63,601 nt of DNA from the NCBI GenBank assembly GCA_016207605.1, contig JACQPJ010000023.1, forward strand, positions 1 to 63,601. The letters are read 5' to 3'. The notes under the pieces are model-generated. The model did no database searches. It saw nothing but the letters and a program-made list of their open reading frames with translations, and was not told where the DNA came from. Positions 54,730 to 63,601 of the stretch are shown here, in pieces. A program made the position numbers and the translations under genes. Source of the DNA: Elusimicrobiota bacterium (GTDB lineage Bacteria > Elusimicrobiota > Elusimicrobia > UBA1565 > UBA9628). How positions within the stretch are numbered: position 1 is the stretch's first letter; each line of letters starts with the position of its first letter.

Positions 54730-57700
54730 TCAGGCCTTGATCTCGACGAACTCGCCCTTCAAGTACGCTTCCATGGCTTGCTTGGTGTAGCCGGGCCGGT
54801 AGCCGTCCTTGGCGGGAGTCCAGAGCGCCACGCCCTCCGTGCCGCCGTTCTCGGCCTTGGAGATCTTGACGAACGACTCCTTCGGCGCGCCGACGGCGCA
54901 GTGGATGTCCGCGGCGAAGCCCTTGCCGATGACCTGGCCGAAGTACTCCTTGCGCGCCATCGAGTCCGTCAGACAGGTCGGGCGCAGCCAGGCGCGCGTG
55001 CCGGACTGGTGGCTGCCGCAGCGGAACATCGCTTGATAGCCGGTGCGCGGGTTGCGCGCGAGCTTGTCGGCGTTGTTCTCATGCCCCTCCACCGAGCCGT
55101 AGGTCGCCACGTACATGTGAAACCAAGACCGCGCCACGCCGCGCTGCAGGCCCCAGTAGTACCGGGCGCGCATCTTCGCGCGGTGCACCTTGTAATCCGC
55201 GGGCTTGTCCTGCCAGCCGCGGAAGGGACGATCCTCGGGATCGGCGTCGATCCAGACATAGTCGCCGTCATCGATGCCGAGCTCCTTGGCGTCGACGGGG
55301 TTGAGGTCCACGTAGCCCTCGCCGACCCAGGGCATGCGCTTGTCGCGACGATGCATGTCGCCAAACGGCCCGAACCAGGCCGAGATGATATCCACGTCCA
55401 CGGGCGTCGTGTGCGCGCCGTGCCGGAACTTGGGCGTGATGTAGGACAAGGTCATGCCGATCTTCTTGCCCGGATGCGCGGTCCTGGTCAGCTCCGCCGG
55501 CGTGACGGTCACGTTGCGGACCTGCCGGACTTCGACCGACAGATCGCCGCGCTTCAGGCCGTAGCCCTCGGGCGGCGTGGGCCGGATGAGATTGGGCGCC
55601 CCCGTGACGATCACGTTCGGCTCGTACGGCGTCGCGTCCACCGGCTCGCGGTGCACGGGCAGGTTCTCGCCGTGCTCGATGAATTCCGGCTCGTCTCGAT
55701 ACATCTCGATGCGCCCGGACTTCGTGTAGTGGGGCCGGCCCTCCACGCTCTGCTCCCACCCCATGATCTTGGGGTAGGTGCGCGTCATAATCAGCGCGGG
55801 AATGCCTTTCTTGGCGTCGGCGTGCAGCGTCTCGATGTCGTAGCCCTTGGTGGTGCTGGAGTTGTCGAGGATGCGCTGGAGGTATACCTCGACCCTGTCC
55901 TCGTGCACCCACTTCCAGTAGTCGATGAAGCCCTTGTCGCCCGTGATGCCGGCAAGCGCCTTGGCCACGCCGGCCAGAACCGCGATGTCGGGCTTGGAGT
56001 CGTGGAGGCGCTTGAGCGGCGTCTTGGGAAACATCTGGATGAACGGGTTGGTGACGGCCGCCGTCATGTCCGGCATCTTCGTCTCGGCCCAGGAATCCAC
56101 GGGGAAGACGATGTCGGAGTATTCGCAGGAGGCCGTCCACCACCACTCGCTCACGCAGATCGTCTCGATCTTGGGCAGGGTGTTCATCACGACGTCGTGA
56201 TGCCATTTGAGGTTGCCGAGGATGGAATTGCCGTTGGAGAACCACATGAACTTCGTGGGCGTGGGCATGTGCGTCTTGCCGGTGAAGTTCTTGTTGCCCA
56301 CGCGCAGCGGCCGGTCGCCGTAGTTGTAATAGTGCGCCGACTCGTAGCGGAAGTAGGGCTTGTAGACCGCGTGCGCGTGCTCGTCGGTCGCGATGTGGAA
56401 GGGATCCTCGGCGATGTAGTACGGCAAGCCGTTGAAGTAGGCGCCGCGGTAGTTGCCCGCGTAGGAGCCGATGTTGCCGCCGTGCGTGCCGATGTTCCTG
56501 GTCAGCGAAGCGAGCAGGAAGCCCGTCCTGTCTTTCTGGTCGTTATTGAAGAAGTGGTTCGGCCCCATGCCGTAAACGAGCAAGGTTTTGCCGCTGTTTT
56601 TGGCGATCTCGCGGGCCAGCCACGTCACGTTCTCGGGCGAGGTGTGGCAGATCGCGCCGGTCGCCTCGGGCGTGTAGTGTGAAGCCTGCTCCTTGATCAG
56701 ATCGAAAACCGGGCGGACCTCCACGCTCTTGCCGTCCAGGAGTTTGATCGTGAATCTGCCCTCGAGGGCGTAGTTTCCGGCCTTGGCCGCCGCGTCGCGC
56801 GTGACGATGACCGGCGCGTTGGCGCCCGCGTCCCAGGCGACGAAGTCGCCCCATTCCTCGCGCAGTTCCTGCGCGGAGATTTGATTGTCCTGCCGGTAAG
56901 CCGATGGAGGCTTCTCGCCTTTCTGCAGCATGACCGTATTCTTGAGCACCGCATTCTTGTAGCCGGGGATGTAATCGGCCGGCTTGAGATTCTTCAGAGT
57001 GTCCGATCGGACCAGGAGCGGCAGGTCCGTGTGCCCCTTGATGTACTCTTCATCGTAGAGCCTCTCCTTAATGATCACGTTGACCATGCCGAGCGCGAAG
57101 GCCGGGTCCGTTCCCGGCCGGGCGATGATGACCCTGTCGGCTTTGTTCGAGGTGGACTGATACTCCGGGGCGATCGTCACGATCTTCGTTCCATGCAGGC
57201 GCGCCTCGGTGAGCCAGTGGGCGTCCGGCATCTTTGTCGAGATCCAGTTCATGCCGATGCAGACGATGAGGTTCGCGTTTTCGGCGGTCGCCAGGTCGAA
57301 GTCGATGGTCTGCTGGCCGCAGGCCATCGTGTGGCCGGGCGGCAGGTCCGTGTGCCATGAATAGCTGTCCCAGATGCGGGCGCCGACGGCCTTGTCCGGT
57401 CCGACGCCGCGAATCTTGCGGTCGAGAAGGGCTATCGAATTCGAGAAGCGGTTCATGCCGAAGATGCGCGTGGCCCCCAGCAGAGGCATGCCGCCGCGAA
57501 ACTTCAGCGTCTGCACGCCCGCGCCCTTCATCGCCTCGAGCATGTCCTCGTCGTAGCCCTGTTGGCGCAGCTTTTCCTTGCCTTCGTCGCCGTTATAGAA
57601 GCGCGCGGTCCGGTCCATGGCCGTGGCCGCGTACTTGAACGCCTCGTCCCACGACACCTTGACGAAAGACTCCTTGCCGCGGTTGCGGTACCTCTCGGGC

Positions 57701-58173
57701 ATGCGCCCGTCGCCGTCGCGCGGGAATCCCGAGTCCGCCCATTCCTTCCAGCCCTTGCGAACCGAGGGATATTTGAGGCGGCGCGGACCGTACACCTTGC
57801 GGATCAGCGCCAGGCCTTTTTGGCACAGACGCGGATCCCAACGGTGCGAGGACTGATTGCCGTAAAGATCCTTGGCCTTTCCGTAGCCGTAGGACGGGCC
57901 GAAGAACATGGCCACGCCGTTCTTGGTGTGCGCCTTGAGCAGGCAGTTGTGCGTGTCGTTGGGCGCGCACAGGAAGCAGAACTCCCCATCGGTGGCGACG
58001 AGGTCGCGATAAAGTTTTTCCCAGCCGCGATCAGGATAGCGGTCAAGGGGATTGCCCGCGGTCTCGGTGGGCTTGAGCAGGGCGAACAGCGGCTCGGTCG
58101 CCAGCAGCATCAACGCGCCGGAGCCGGAATACTTCAGGAACTCCCTGCGGCTGATCTTTTTCTTCATGTCCAT
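54730..58173 (-). CDS. Tat-exported Mo-bis-PGD alpha subunit, NxrA / periplasmic NarG-like
   Basis: SRREFLK Tat motif, CAPNDTHNC…PRLCQKG Fe-S motif, YSWHTDLPPG Mo-ligand Asp region; 1147 aa. Confidence 0.9.
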   Translation of the reverse strand: MDMKKKISRREFLKYSGSGALMLLATEPLFALLKPTETAGNPLDRYPDRGWEKLYRDLVATDGEFCFLCAPNDTHNCLLKAHTKNGVAMFFGPSYGYGKAKDLYGNQSSHRWDPRLCQKGLALIRKVYGPRRLKYPSVRKGWKEWADSGFPRDGDGRMPERYRNRGKESFVKVSWDEAFKYAATAMDRTARFYNGDEGKEKLRQQGYDEDMLEAMKGAGVQTLKFRGGMPLLGATRIFGMNRFSNSIALLDRKIRGVGPDKAVGARIWDSYSWHTDLPPGHTMACGQQTIDFDLATAENANLIVCIGMNWISTKMPDAHWLTEARLHGTKIVTIAPEYQSTSNKADRVIIARPGTDPAFALGMVNVIIKERLYDEEYIKGHTDLPLLVRSDTLKNLKPADYIPGYKNAVLKNTVMLQKGEKPPSAYRQDNQISAQELREEWGDFVAWDAGANAPVIVTRDAAAKAGNYALEGRFTIKLLDGKSVEVRPVFDLIKEQASHYTPEATGAICHTSPENVTWLAREIAKNSGKTLLVYGMGPNHFFNNDQKDRTGFLLASLTRNIGTHGGNIGSYAGNYRGAYFNGLPYYIAEDPFHIATDEHAHAVYKPYFRYESAHYYNYGDRPLRVGNKNFTGKTHMPTPTKFMWFSNGNSILGNLKWHHDVVMNTLPKIETICVSEWWWTASCEYSDIVFPVDSWAETKMPDMTAAVTNPFIQMFPKTPLKRLHDSKPDIAVLAGVAKALAGITGDKGFIDYWKWVHEDRVEVYLQRILDNSSTTKGYDIETLHADAKKGIPALIMTRTYPKIMGWEQSVEGRPHYTKSGRIEMYRDEPEFIEHGENLPVHREPVDATPYEPNVIVTGAPNLIRPTPPEGYGLKRGDLSVEVRQVRNVTVTPAELTRTAHPGKKIGMTLSYITPKFRHGAHTTPVDVDIISAWFGPFGDMHRRDKRMPWVGEGYVDLNPVDAKELGIDDGDYVWIDADPEDRPFRGWQDKPADYKVHRAKMRARYYWGLQRGVARSWFHMYVATYGSVEGHENNADKLARNPRTGYQAMFRCGSHQSGTRAWLRPTCLTDSMARKEYFGQVIGKGFAADIHCAVGAPKESFVKISKAENGGTEGVALWTPAKDGYRPGYTKQAMEAYLKGEFVEIKA

Positions 58174-58175
58174 GA

Positions 58176-58640
58176 TTATCCTCCAGCGTTGCGAGCGGCA
58201 TCCGCCAGACTTGCCTTCTCCAAAGCTTCCCGCAGGACCTTTTCGGATCGCAGGACCGCTTCGTGGATGAGACAGGGGGTATTTCCAACGCAGCCGCGCA
58301 GCTCAAGCAGGCACTCTCGCCAAGCGGGGCGCGGCTCTTCCAAAGACCGCACGATTTCCGACAAGGAAATCTTCCGGGCAGGTCTTGCCAAGGCGTATCC
58401 GCCTCCAGGACCTCGTTGGGACACGAGCAATCCCCGGCGGCCCAACCTCTGAAAAATCTTAGATAAGTAGTTCTTCGGCAACTTCTGAGCCTTTGCCGCA
58501 TCCTCGACCAGACAGAATCCGTTTCCAGGTCGTTTGGCCAGGAAAAGCATGCCCTGGAGCGCATATCTGGCTGTTTGAGAGAGCCGGATAAGACGGAATT
58601 CCGCCTGTGTTTGTCCGTTTTTTGTAACCACTCCCTTCAT
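58176..58640 (-). CDS. Rrf2-family Fe-S transcriptional regulator
   Basis: YAL..M.FLA, YLSKIFQRL…GL..SQRGPGGGY.LARP, CLLELRGCVGNTPCLIH. Confidence 0.92.
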   Translation of the reverse strand: MKGVVTKNGQTQAEFRLIRLSQTARYALQGMLFLAKRPGNGFCLVEDAAKAQKLPKNYLSKIFQRLGRRGLLVSQRGPGGGYALARPARKISLSEIVRSLEEPRPAWRECLLELRGCVGNTPCLIHEAVLRSEKVLREALEKASLADAARNAGG

Positions 58641-58762
58641 CCCTCCAGGGAGCTATTCAAGCGTGAGACACCCTCATCGTTTCATGTCGTCGCAACGAAC
58701 CCGCCATTGCATTCGGCTCGGAGAATAAGAAGACTCGGAGGGCATGAAAGTTGCTGTTTGGC

Positions 58763-58794
58763 AAGCCAATCGGCATCTAATTGCCGATTGGCTT
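58763..58794. other. perfect 13-bp inverted repeat (hairpin) at the right edge of the respiratory island
   Basis: AAGCCAATCGGCA-tctaat-TGCCGATTGGCTT; no clear U-tract. Confidence 0.5.
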
Positions 58795-58844
58795 ATAGGC
58801 AAGATTTTTGACTCGTCAGGAATTGCTGGCGGGGCTTGGTGCCG

Positions 58845-59693
58845 TCACTGCAATAGCTTGAAAAAGAGCCAGGGGAGCGTCAGCGCCCCGTCGATGACGA
58901 CGAAATAATACCAGGTGGGAACGGCGGACGCCGCGTAGAACCGGACGAGAACCGCTCCCAAGACCCAGGAGCCTCCGGCGAGGGCTTTCTCCAGGGACCC
59001 GCCCAAGGACCAGAATGTCCATCCCAGCAGGACGCACAGCGCCTGCGCCGCGGCCGCGACCCGGACGGCCGGGAAGCGATTGGCGATCGTCCTGATCCCC
59101 GCGCGCCGGTCGCTCTCGCGGTCCTTGAGGTCGCAGGCGACGGTGTTCAGCGCGACGAGCGCCAGAAATCCCGCCGTCAAGCTCCATTCCCGGCGCCCGT
59201 TCGGCAGGCGGCCCAGCAGGAGAACGACGGTGCTGACGTAGACGAAGGGCACGTAGAGCGTTTTAAGGTATGGGACCGATTTCAAGCGCGTTCCCAGCAG
59301 GGGGACGTCCACGACGTAGGCCGCGCCCAGCAGGGCCCCCCAAAGGAGCCCCGCGAGCAGCCTCGGCTGGAAGCAGGCCAGCGCCGCCGCTCCCAGGAGA
59401 GCGGCGGCGAACATGCGCTCGAAGCGTTTGCGATGGCGGCGCGCGTAGCGCAGCACGTGCAGGTCGGCGGCGGCCGCGGCCTGGTCCTCGGGATGGACCA
59501 CGTAGCGGTCGAACGCATAGACCAGCCAGGTCACGACCAGCAAAGCGGTCATGGCGGGGCCGTCGAAGCGTCCCGTCAGCGCCTCCGATAGGTAGGCTCC
59601 GTCCAGAACGCTTTGCGCGGCGACCAGCAAATGCAGCTGGATGGCCAGCGTCCCCGCTCGCTTCAGGAAGGAATCCGCGCGCGGGGCGTTCAA
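58845..59693 (-). CDS. UbiA prenyltransferase-like membrane protein
   Basis: VYAFDRY, RLKSVPYLK, NTVACDLKDRESDRRAGIRTI; multi-TM. Confidence 0.72.
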   Translation of the reverse strand: MNAPRADSFLKRAGTLAIQLHLLVAAQSVLDGAYLSEALTGRFDGPAMTALLVVTWLVYAFDRYVVHPEDQAAAAADLHVLRYARRHRKRFERMFAAALLGAAALACFQPRLLAGLLWGALLGAAYVVDVPLLGTRLKSVPYLKTLYVPFVYVSTVVLLLGRLPNGRREWSLTAGFLALVALNTVACDLKDRESDRRAGIRTIANRFPAVRVAAAAQALCVLLGWTFWSLGGSLEKALAGGSWVLGAVLVRFYAASAVPTWYYFVVIDGALTLPWLFFKLLQ

Positions 59694-60742
59694 GGAACCG
59701 GGGCTGCGGCGGGCTCAGAGGCCGCGGAGACCGGGGCGGGCTCGGCCTCCGAGGTGGGAGCCGGCGTCGCGACGGGCGCCGCCGCCTCGGGCGCAGGCTC
59801 GGGGATGGCGGGCGGCGCGGGCCGGGCGCGCTCCTGGCCCCAGCGGAAGGTCACGCTGAGACGGTGTCCGGTGCCGAGCTCTCCCATGGGCACGAAGGCG
59901 TAGTCCGCCGAGAGGCTCCTGCCGATCCAGCCCACGCCCGCCGTGATCCCCAGGCCGGCGTCGCTGCGCGTGGTGAAGCCCAAGCGCAGGGCGAGAGCTT
60001 TCCATAGGGCGGTCTCGGCGCCCAGGCCGAGGCGCACCTTGTCGTAGACCGTCTTGGTGAGGTCGAGGGCGAGGGTGTTGCGCCGGTCGGCCCCGCCGAA
60101 GACGTAGGCGCCACCAAGGCGGAGGTCGAGCGGCAGGGACTCGTCGGCGCTCTGGAAGCGCACGGTCGGGCCGAGGTTGAGCATCGCCGCGCCCAACGTG
60201 AGGCCGGGGACGGACGGGACTTTGTAGAGAGCGCCCAAGTCCGCGGCGTAGCCGACGGCGGCGAGGTCGTCGATGTTCTCCCGGATGAACTTGGCGCCCG
60301 CGCCGACGCTGAGCGATTCGGAGAGGGCCAAGCCATAGCCGGCCTCCAGCGCCAGGTCGCTGAGGCCCGTCTCTCCCAGCGTCCCTCCGGGCTGGGAGAG
60401 GGTGGTCCGCGTTACGCCGCTGAAGTTGAGGTAGTTGAGGCTGGCCCCCCACCCCCGTCCCGAGGCGAAGCCGGCGTATTCCTGGTTGAGGCCCTCGACG
60501 TATTCGTTGTGCATGAACGTCGCCTCGGGCGCGCGGACCTCGGCCAGGCCGGCGGGGTTGTAGCGGAGGGCGTTGGCGTCGCAGGCCAGGGCGGTGTAGG
60601 CGCCGGCCAGGCCCACGGCGCGGGCGTTGGCGTCGAAGAGCAGGAAGTCGAAGGGGGTGGAGCCGGCGGACGTGTCCGCCCGCGCCGGCGCGGCGACCAC
60701 TGCGGCCAGCACGACGCTCAACAGCTTTCGCGAGGTTCTCAT
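59690..60742 (-). CDS. PorV/PorQ (UPF0164)-family outer-membrane protein
   Basis: Signal peptide, FL…NARAVGLAGAYTALA.DANA..YNPAGLA, DYAFVPMGELG..HR.S. Confidence 0.85.
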   Translation of the reverse strand: MRTSRKLLSVVLAAVVAAPARADTSAGSTPFDFLLFDANARAVGLAGAYTALACDANALRYNPAGLAEVRAPEATFMHNEYVEGLNQEYAGFASGRGWGASLNYLNFSGVTRTTLSQPGGTLGETGLSDLALEAGYGLALSESLSVGAGAKFIRENIDDLAAVGYAADLGALYKVPSVPGLTLGAAMLNLGPTVRFQSADESLPLDLRLGGAYVFGGADRRNTLALDLTKTVYDKVRLGLGAETALWKALALRLGFTTRSDAGLGITAGVGWIGRSLSADYAFVPMGELGTGHRLSVTFRWGQERARPAPPAIPEPAPEAAAPVATPAPTSEAEPAPVSAASEPAAAPVP

Positions 60743-63600
60743 CGGATGATCAGGAGCCTCTTGACCACGCTGCCCTGCCCCGGGGAGGCGATCACCGCGA
60801 GGTAGCCGCCCGTGGCCGCGTCGCGGCCGTCCTTGTTGCGGGCGTCCCACTGGATCTTGCCGGTCGCGTTGGAGGCGTCGAACTCAGCCACCAGGCGTCC
60901 GGAGAGGGTGTAGATCTTGATGGAGGCCGAGGCGGGCAAGGTGTCGAAGATGATGCCCGAGGAGGTGTCGCCGCTGACGAAGGGCCTGCCCTGGTCGGGA
61001 TTGCCGCCGTTGGGCCTGTAGGGGATGGGGTAGATCCTCACCCCGCTGAGATTGGACGCCGCCGCGACGCCTGTGAGCACGACGAAGGTGCTGAAATGAG
61101 GAGTGCTGCCGCTGACCGTCCGGCTGGAGGTGTTCACCGTGGAGGCGAAGTCCTTCGACCAGGCCGCCGCGAGGGTGTCGAGCGTATAGATCACGAGGTT
61201 GGCGGCGTTGGCGGTCGCGGCGGGGTAGGAAAAGCGCATCGGCGCCGTCAGGCCGCCCGAGAGAAGGCTCTGCGCGTTGGAGAGGTCGATCTGCACGGCC
61301 GAGCCCGCGGCGGCCAGGCCCGAGGGCGCCGCCGTCGCGATCGTCGGCCCGGCGACGATGGTCGCCGTCACCGTCGAGGCGCTCAGCGCCCCGGCGGGGA
61401 CCATGATCCGGATCACGGGGTCGTCCAAGTCCCAGCCCGCGGCCACGATCACGTTGGAGATCGCGTTGTAGAGGAGCTGCCGGCGGCGGACCTTCCCCGC
61501 CGTCAGCGTCTCGGTGACCGTGGGGTTGGCCGGGTCCACGGCGACCGTCACCGCGTCGGGCGCCGTGTCGGTGCTGCCGTCCACGTCCACGGCGACGGCG
61601 CGCAGGTCGTAGCTGCCCGCGGCCAGGCCGGTCACGTCCCAGTGGATGAAGAAGGGCGCCAGGGTCGCCGGGTTGGCGTGGGCCGGGGCGGCGGCCGCCG
61701 CGTCCGCCCAGGCCGTCGCGGAGGAGGGCTTGTACTGGAAGCGGATCTGCCGAACGTCGCCGATCGAGCCGGCGGTCAAGGCCGCCACGACGGAGACCGC
61801 GTTGCCGCTCACGCGGCTGCCGGAAGCCGGCGCCTCGACGGCCGCGCGCAGGGCCGAAAGCGCCGCCGTGGAGGCCGCCGCGGCGAAGACGCCGGCGGCC
61901 TCCTCCAGGCCGCAGCGGTGCCTGGCGCGCAGGGCGAAGGCATAGGCGGCGCTGGACGTCAGCACGCCGGTGGCAAAGGCGGTTTCCGTGGAGGTGAGGA
62001 CGGCCAGGGGCGTCGCGTAGTCGACCGCGCCCGTTCCGGCGTCGTAGTAGAGACGGTAGCCGGTGATGCCTTCCGTGGGCGAGGCGGTCCAGGTCAGGGC
62101 GATGCGGTTGCTTCCGATGGCGGAAGCCGCCAAGGCGGCGGGCGGCGCCGGCGTCGTATTGAGAGTCACGACCGGGAGGACGGCGTCGAAGGCGGTGGCA
62201 AGGCCGTCGCCGTTGTAGTTGCGCACGCGGTAGTAGTAGGTGGTGCAGCCGAGCAGGGACGAGTCGACGAAGTAGGTCGCCGCGGCGGTCATCGCGCTGG
62301 AGAACGCCGCGCCGTCCGTGGACTTCTGCACCTCGGCCGTCGTCGGCGCGGGGTTGGTGTTGAACGACCAGGAGATCGTGGCGCTGGTCGCCGCCACGAC
62401 GGCGACGGCGGTCTGCGCCGGCGGGGCGGCCAATGTGTAAGCCGTCGCGGCGGCCGACAGCGGCCCCGCGCCGGTGGCGTTGACTCCCCCCGCCGCGATG
62501 CCGTAGGCCGTGTTGGTGGCTAAAGCCAGGTGCAGGAAGGGCAGGGTGGAGGTGCTGGCGATGAGGGTGGCCGGGCTGGTGGCCTGGTAGACGCGGTAGC
62601 TGGCCGCGTTGGCCGCGGCGGTCCAGGTCCAGGAGATGGAGGAGACGCCCAGCGCGGTGCCGGCCGGGGTTCCCGGCTGGCCGGGGGCGGGCGGCAGCGT
62701 CGCGGTGCTGACGGCCGCGTCGAAGCCGGAGGGGACGGCGCCGGCGTTGAGGGCGCGGACCTTGAAGTAGTAGGTGGTGTCGGCGGAGAGCCCGGAGGCC
62801 TGGTACGCGCTGGTCGCGGTCACGACCCGAACCGCGGAGGCAAAGGAGGCCGCGACGTCGCGCCAGACCTCGTAGCCCGTCCCGGGCTCGGGATTGCCGT
62901 TGGGCTGCCAATCCAGGCTGACGGTGGTGGAGGCGACGGCCAGGACCACGGTCTGGGTCGGCGGGGCGGCAAGGGTGGCGGTGGAGCCAAGGGCGAGGAA
63001 GGCGCTGACGTTGCCGCCGCTGACGGAGCGGACCTGGAAGAAGTAGGTGGTGTTGGGGGTCAGCGCGGCGCCGGCCCCGCCGGTCCCGAAGAGGGCGGAC
63101 AGGTTCAGCGTGCTGGAGCTGGCGTTGACGGTCGTGAAGTTGTCCGTGGAGACCTGGGCCAGGTAGGTCGTGCCGGCCCCGTTGCCGCCGCTGGTCCACT
63201 GGACGGCGGCGCTGGCCAAGTCCACCGTGGTGAAGGTCGTTCCCGCCGCGCCCGGGGCCTGCAGGAGCGTCATGGTGGAGGGAAGGGCCGTGAAGGCCGT
63301 GGCCGCGCCGTCGTTGGCCAGGGCGCGGACCTGGAAGTAGTAGGTGGTGTCGGCCGAGAGGCCGGTGAAGGTCGCGGAGGTGTTGGCGGTCTGGCTGGAG
63401 GCGTTGACCGTCGTGAAGCTGTCGGTGGATATCCGGGCCTGGTAGAGGGTTCCGGCGGCGTTGCCGTTGGCGCCCCAATTCGCCGTGATGGATGAGGCGG
63501 CAACGCCGGAGGGAGCGGCGGCGACGGGGGTAGCGGCCGGGGTGGCGGTGGACAAGGCGGAGGTGAAGCCCGTCTCGACGCCGCCGGCATTGATCGCCTC
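60739..63600 (-). CDS. large fibronectin type III repeat surface protein with T9SS/FlgD-like C-terminal domain (5' end outside the window)
   Basis: Repeated GLSADTTYYF.VRA / LTPNTTYFFQVR; C-terminal IYPIPYRP…IKIYTLSGRLV…WDARNKDG…GGYL…KRLLIIR; frame open to the window end. Confidence 0.85.
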   Translation of the reverse strand, partial: EAINAGGVETGFTSALSTATPAATPVAAAPSGVAASSITANWGANGNAAGTLYQARISTDSFTTVNASSQTANTSATFTGLSADTTYYFQVRALANDGAATAFTALPSTMTLLQAPGAAGTTFTTVDLASAAVQWTSGGNGAGTTYLAQVSTDNFTTVNASSSTLNLSALFGTGGAGAALTPNTTYFFQVRSVSGGNVSAFLALGSTATLAAPPTQTVVLAVASTTVSLDWQPNGNPEPGTGYEVWRDVAASFASAVRVVTATSAYQASGLSADTTYYFKVRALNAGAVPSGFDAAVSTATLPPAPGQPGTPAGTALGVSSISWTWTAAANAASYRVYQATSPATLIASTSTLPFLHLALATNTAYGIAAGGVNATGAGPLSAAATAYTLAAPPAQTAVAVVAATSATISWSFNTNPAPTTAEVQKSTDGAAFSSAMTAAATYFVDSSLLGCTTYYYRVRNYNGDGLATAFDAVLPVVTLNTTPAPPAALAASAIGSNRIALTWTASPTEGITGYRLYYDAGTGAVDYATPLAVLTSTETAFATGVLTSSAAYAFALRARHRCGLEEAAGVFAAAASTAALSALRAAVEAPASGSRVSGNAVSVVAALTAGSIGDVRQIRFQYKPSSATAWADAAAAAPAHANPATLAPFFIHWDVTGLAAGSYDLRAVAVDVDGSTDTAPDAVTVAVDPANPTVTETLTAGKVRRRQLLYNAISNVIVAAGWDLDDPVIRIMVPAGALSASTVTATIVAGPTIATAAPSGLAAAGSAVQIDLSNAQSLLSGGLTAPMRFSYPAATANAANLVIYTLDTLAAAWSKDFASTVNTSSRTVSGSTPHFSTFVVLTGVAAASNLSGVRIYPIPYRPNGGNPDQGRPFVSGDTSSGIIFDTLPASASIKIYTLSGRLVAEFDASNATGKIQWDARNKDGRDAATGGYLAVIASPGQGSVVKRLLIIR

Positions 63601-63601
63601 A

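Noticed and set aside
58591-58606. Near-palindrome AGACGGAATTCCGCCT as an Rrf2 operator
   Set aside because: Lies inside the coding start, single copy, no second site found to support it

Overview
High-GC bacterial chromosome segment. The PorV-like protein next to an FN3 protein with a sorting-type C-terminal domain, and the long Ala-rich secreted orphans, suggest Elusimicrobiota (inference, not proven). From left to right: DUF456 and an AOX/PTOX-like di-iron protein; a 4-kb cassette bounded by a 15-bp near-direct repeat, encoding an NHLP-clan small peptide, a 2x cNMP-RRE-M50 protease, an isoprenyl-diphosphate-synthase-fold enzyme and a single-domain class II terpene cyclase (best candidate for an undescribed prenylated/cyclised-terpene peptide system); a porin-pstSCAB-B-phoU operon with a Pho box and two reciprocally degenerate PstB ATPases; a radical SAM gene; a low-GC HTH + m6A MTase + HNH restriction-modification cassette; a subtilisin and large signal-peptide orphans (one ending in a RelE/HigB-like domain), several preceded by a paired 16-bp motif at fixed spacing from the -10 box; GT9 pair, enoyl-CoA hydratase, DUF5674 pair, pit/DUF47, phoB and a soluble phoR; housekeeping genes; tRNA-Arg(TCT); a 16-kb island with Rrf2, a Tat-exported NXR/periplasmic NAR-like molybdoenzyme, porin, tatC/tatA, cytochrome c, a Moco riboswitch coupled to a leader peptide and terminator, and Moco biosynthesis genes; then UbiA-like, PorV-like and a truncated FN3 surface protein. 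All family calls are by motif recognition, with no database searches; many start codons were moved downstream of the longest-ORF calls.
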